A stretch of 32,453 bases of DNA from Candidatus Krumholzibacteriia bacterium (GTDB lineage Bacteria > Krumholzibacteriota > Krumholzibacteriia > WVZY01 > JAKEHA01): NCBI GenBank assembly GCA_035762505.1, contig DASTOO010000146.1, positions 1 to 32,453 on the forward strand. The letters run 5' to 3'. This document shows, piece after piece, positions 31,201 to 32,453 of the stretch. The notes under the pieces are model-generated. The model saw only the letters and a list, made by a program, of their open reading frames with translations. It had not been told where the DNA came from and searched no databases. The position numbers and the translations under genes are program-made. The stretch's first letter is position 1. Each line of letters starts with the position of its first letter.

Positions 31201-32453
31201 CATGTACGCGTTCAACGAGCTTTCCTCCCTCTCCGACTACGCCGACGACAAGGGCGCGTTCTTCCGCCGCATCATCGAGGTCTTCCAGAGCCTGCTCGGC
31301 GCCGCGCAATGCACGCTCGCGTTGCGGACCGAGGACGGCTTCGTGGGGTTGAACGCCGCCGGCGAGGAGCAGCCCATCGCGGACCCGATCATGCAGGGGG
31401 TGTTCGCGCGCGCCCTGCAGCTGGGCATGGTCATGCACTGCGGCTCACCGGAGATCAAGGACATCCTCGCGCGCGGACCGAAACCCGACCCGGCCATCCG
31501 GCTCGTGATCGTGCCGATGAAGTCGATGGGAAAGGAACTGGGGTGCATGCTCCTCACCGTGCCGCCCGCGTCGGTTCCCGCGACGCGGGAGGACGTGGAC
31601 TTCATCACCTGCATCGGACGGCACGTGGCCGGCGGTCTGCGGCTGAGCCTCCACTTCGACGAGCGTTCGAGCACCGAGCAGCGTTTCGAGCGCGACCTCG
31701 ACGGCCTCGTGTCGCCGGCCGCGGACGCGAACCGTTTCCAGACGCTCATCGGGCGCGACGAGTCCATGAAGAAGGTCTTCCGCGTGATCGACAAGATCAA
31801 GGACATGGACACGGGCATTCTCATCTTCGGGGAGAGCGGCACCGGCAAGACGGAGATCGCGCGCACCATTCACAACACGAGCCTGCGGCGGCGTCACGTG
31901 TTTCAGTCGATCCACTGCGCGGAGATCCCGACCAGTCTCCTCGAGAGCGAGCTCTTCGGCCACGAGCGCGGCGCTTTCACCGGCGCGGTGCAGCGCAAGC
32001 TCGGCCGCTGCGAGATCGCGGACGGCGGCACCGTGTTCCTGGACGACGTCAACGTGATGCCGCTGGACACGCAGGCGAAGCTCCTCCACTACCTGGAGAA
32101 CAAGAGCTTCACGCGCCTGGGGGGCACGCAGAAGATCACGACCGACGTGCGCCTCATCGCGGCCAGCAACGAGGACCTCGAGCGGCTGGTGAAGGAGAAC
32201 CGCTTCCGCGAGGACCTCTACTACCGGCTGAAGGTCAACCAGATCGAGCTGCCGCCGCTGCGGGATCGCCAGGACGACATGATCCTGATCGCCCAGGAGT
32301 TCATCAAGAAGCGCTGTCACCAGCAGGAGAAGCCGTTGAAGCGGCTCTCCTCGGAGACGATCAAGCTGTTCCAGAAATACCGCTGGCCGGGGAACGTGCG
32401 CGAGCTGCAGAACGTGCTCGAACAAATCGTGCTCCTGTGCGACGATGACATCG
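28277..32453 (+). CDS. Giant sigma-54-dependent transcriptional activator (EBP): N-terminal unknown/kinase-like region, P-loop NTPase (STAND-like), TPR array, GAF-like domain, sigma-54 AAA+ domain; partial (3' end beyond window)
   Basis: Own translation. ATG 28277 has GGGAG 5 nt upstream. The frame is open from 28199 to the window end and is absent from the ORF track. [10 protein letters not shown] and VWIVDDADE; TPRs ([27 protein letters not shown]..); then [45 protein letters not shown]. Confidence 0.9.
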   Translation, partial: MESSVRTFRRNLEPIEEERVAGAWRVAGHVDLVSERRFLVAWAATDAAGRTDANVLTFRCDAAMAIAPDACLPALDITTGNGRAEILTSFARRLDDNEWSNGDIERALLSLIDTLDRLDAHAFHAVHLNADLVGLDETSALVVFPAAYAFPPDAADPARAGLDARAISRAAHVHTLASVAKTLAPHATGAFADRLRRLVAAIAAGSVAGAAQARTLLAAETNAAPTPAAPARKRDDIPFDTAGALRAIAESKPVEVAGPAGSGRTAVLERFAAEARRAGIDPHWLDEWEIPGTPRKRGAGREAGRGTVWIVDDADERPLLHAFVLDHAAELERRPGAGLVIATRSDDRPSAFMALLRSRSPHGVFTATLPPARSDDPRAAALDTLEPDARQALELVAVADCPLPIDVVLSVYPGTDRAVHRHIFALAGADLVAIESRRLAAGSATLLVSVPSASLRRLIRDRIPESRRRNLHRTIARIADERGSFAPMFVYQHLLGAGEGRDAAARAAAFVREATRPQRAPFIESIVRDVIESGLDRSLAYGDRMTLLVRVGDDLLARGRQKEAEALLVRARAIRASGDDVRAKAPLAGEAMRLLADAWAARGQLREALELLEDTREDIAPYLSLAEQARLLNDIGWFQYRLGDYSSCVDSCKFTINTLNPNEHPLVVAQALNLMGVIAFNTSRYDEAVSYYEQSAFLREREKDLNALAGSYNNLALAYQSKGEYDKALGYLHKSIEIKSRQNNEAGIAGGYLNLAFLYLEVHNFDEAERRCRESLRISSELGLAQLIAENLNTLGDIVFARGRLDDAERYYRDSLGNARRLSTVNEEMGAQKRLAKLYIRKGRPEDARAAIDEASRLAAQIGSKYEQAQTEEIYGDLSVSEGVHGAALDHFEKAATAYATLSKLRLAAASLAKAGIAHAKNSNPLDAKRYLDRAQDLMKSQIGHEIPEEIVTLQQTLRESPLPTAVSGTASQKLMYAFNELSSLSDYADDKGAFFRRIIEVFQSLLGAAQCTLALRTEDGFVGLNAAGEEQPIADPIMQGVFARALQLGMVMHCGSPEIKDILARGPKPDPAIRLVIVPMKSMGKELGCMLLTVPPASVPATREDVDFITCIGRHVAGGLRLSLHFDERSSTEQRFERDLDGLVSPAADANRFQTLIGRDESMKKVFRVIDKIKDMDTGILIFGESGTGKTEIARTIHNTSLRRRHVFQSIHCAEIPTSLLESELFGHERGAFTGAVQRKLGRCEIADGGTVFLDDVNVMPLDTQAKLLHYLENKSFTRLGGTQKITTDVRLIAASNEDLERLVKENRFREDLYYRLKVNQIELPPLRDRQDDMILIAQEFIKKRCHQQEKPLKRLSSETIKLFQKYRWPGNVRELQNVLEQIVLLCDDDI

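Noticed and set aside
28201-32448. Long ORFs 28201..29739 (-), 28922..31438 (-), 29137..32448 (+) and 31445..32425 (-)
   Set aside because: All are off-frame or antisense to the EBP reading frame, which carries Walker [13 protein letters not shown] and GAFTGA motifs. Their translations are low-complexity Arg/Ala/Gly/Pro.
1-32453. Mobile elements, CRISPR arrays, restriction/defence genes, prophage genes
   Set aside because: No integrase, transposase, repeat-spacer array or recognisable defence domain was found on either strand. The window looks like core chromosome plus signalling genes.

Overview
Visibly GC-rich bacterial chromosomal window. My guess, as inference only, is an uncultured FCB-like, Gemmatimonadota-like or Eisenbacteria-like lineage, based on a FlgD-Ig/T9SS-type C-terminal sorting domain and PEGA-domain kinases. 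I support 28 protein-coding genes. I found no rRNA, tRNA, CRISPR array, transposase or integrase. Two real genes run off the window edges and are missing from the ORF track: a Ser/Thr kinase (1-685, minus) and a giant sigma-54 activator (28277-32453, plus). Many long track ORFs are Arg/Ala/Pro/Gly-rich off-frame or antisense artefacts of the high GC content. Layout: (i) a secreted beta-propeller/HYR-repeat protein followed by a kinase; (ii) a housekeeping block with S41 protease, MtnX-like HAD, methyltransferase, tmk, CDP-alcohol phosphatidyltransferase, rsmI, ltaE and HU/IHF; (iii) a tightly coupled queD-queC-unknown-queE-M50 protease operon; (iv) two large helical/TPR proteins of unknown function; (v) a cold-shock gene; (vi) an FHA protein, metallophosphoesterase and PEGA receptor kinase operon; (vii) rsgA plus a GT9 glycosyltransferase; (viii) a PtsN-like EIIA, a short HP0958/DUF164-type zinc-ribbon protein, a ~290-bp highly structured spacer, and a multi-domain sigma-54 enhancer-binding protein (EBP). 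The most interesting signal is a sigma-54 theme. A near-consensus -24/-12 promoter precedes the FHA/phosphatase/kinase operon, weaker ones precede the two unknown large genes, and three sigma-54-associated protein families sit together at the right end. All promoter, terminator and RNA calls come from reading the sequence by eye and need experimental or computational confirmation.
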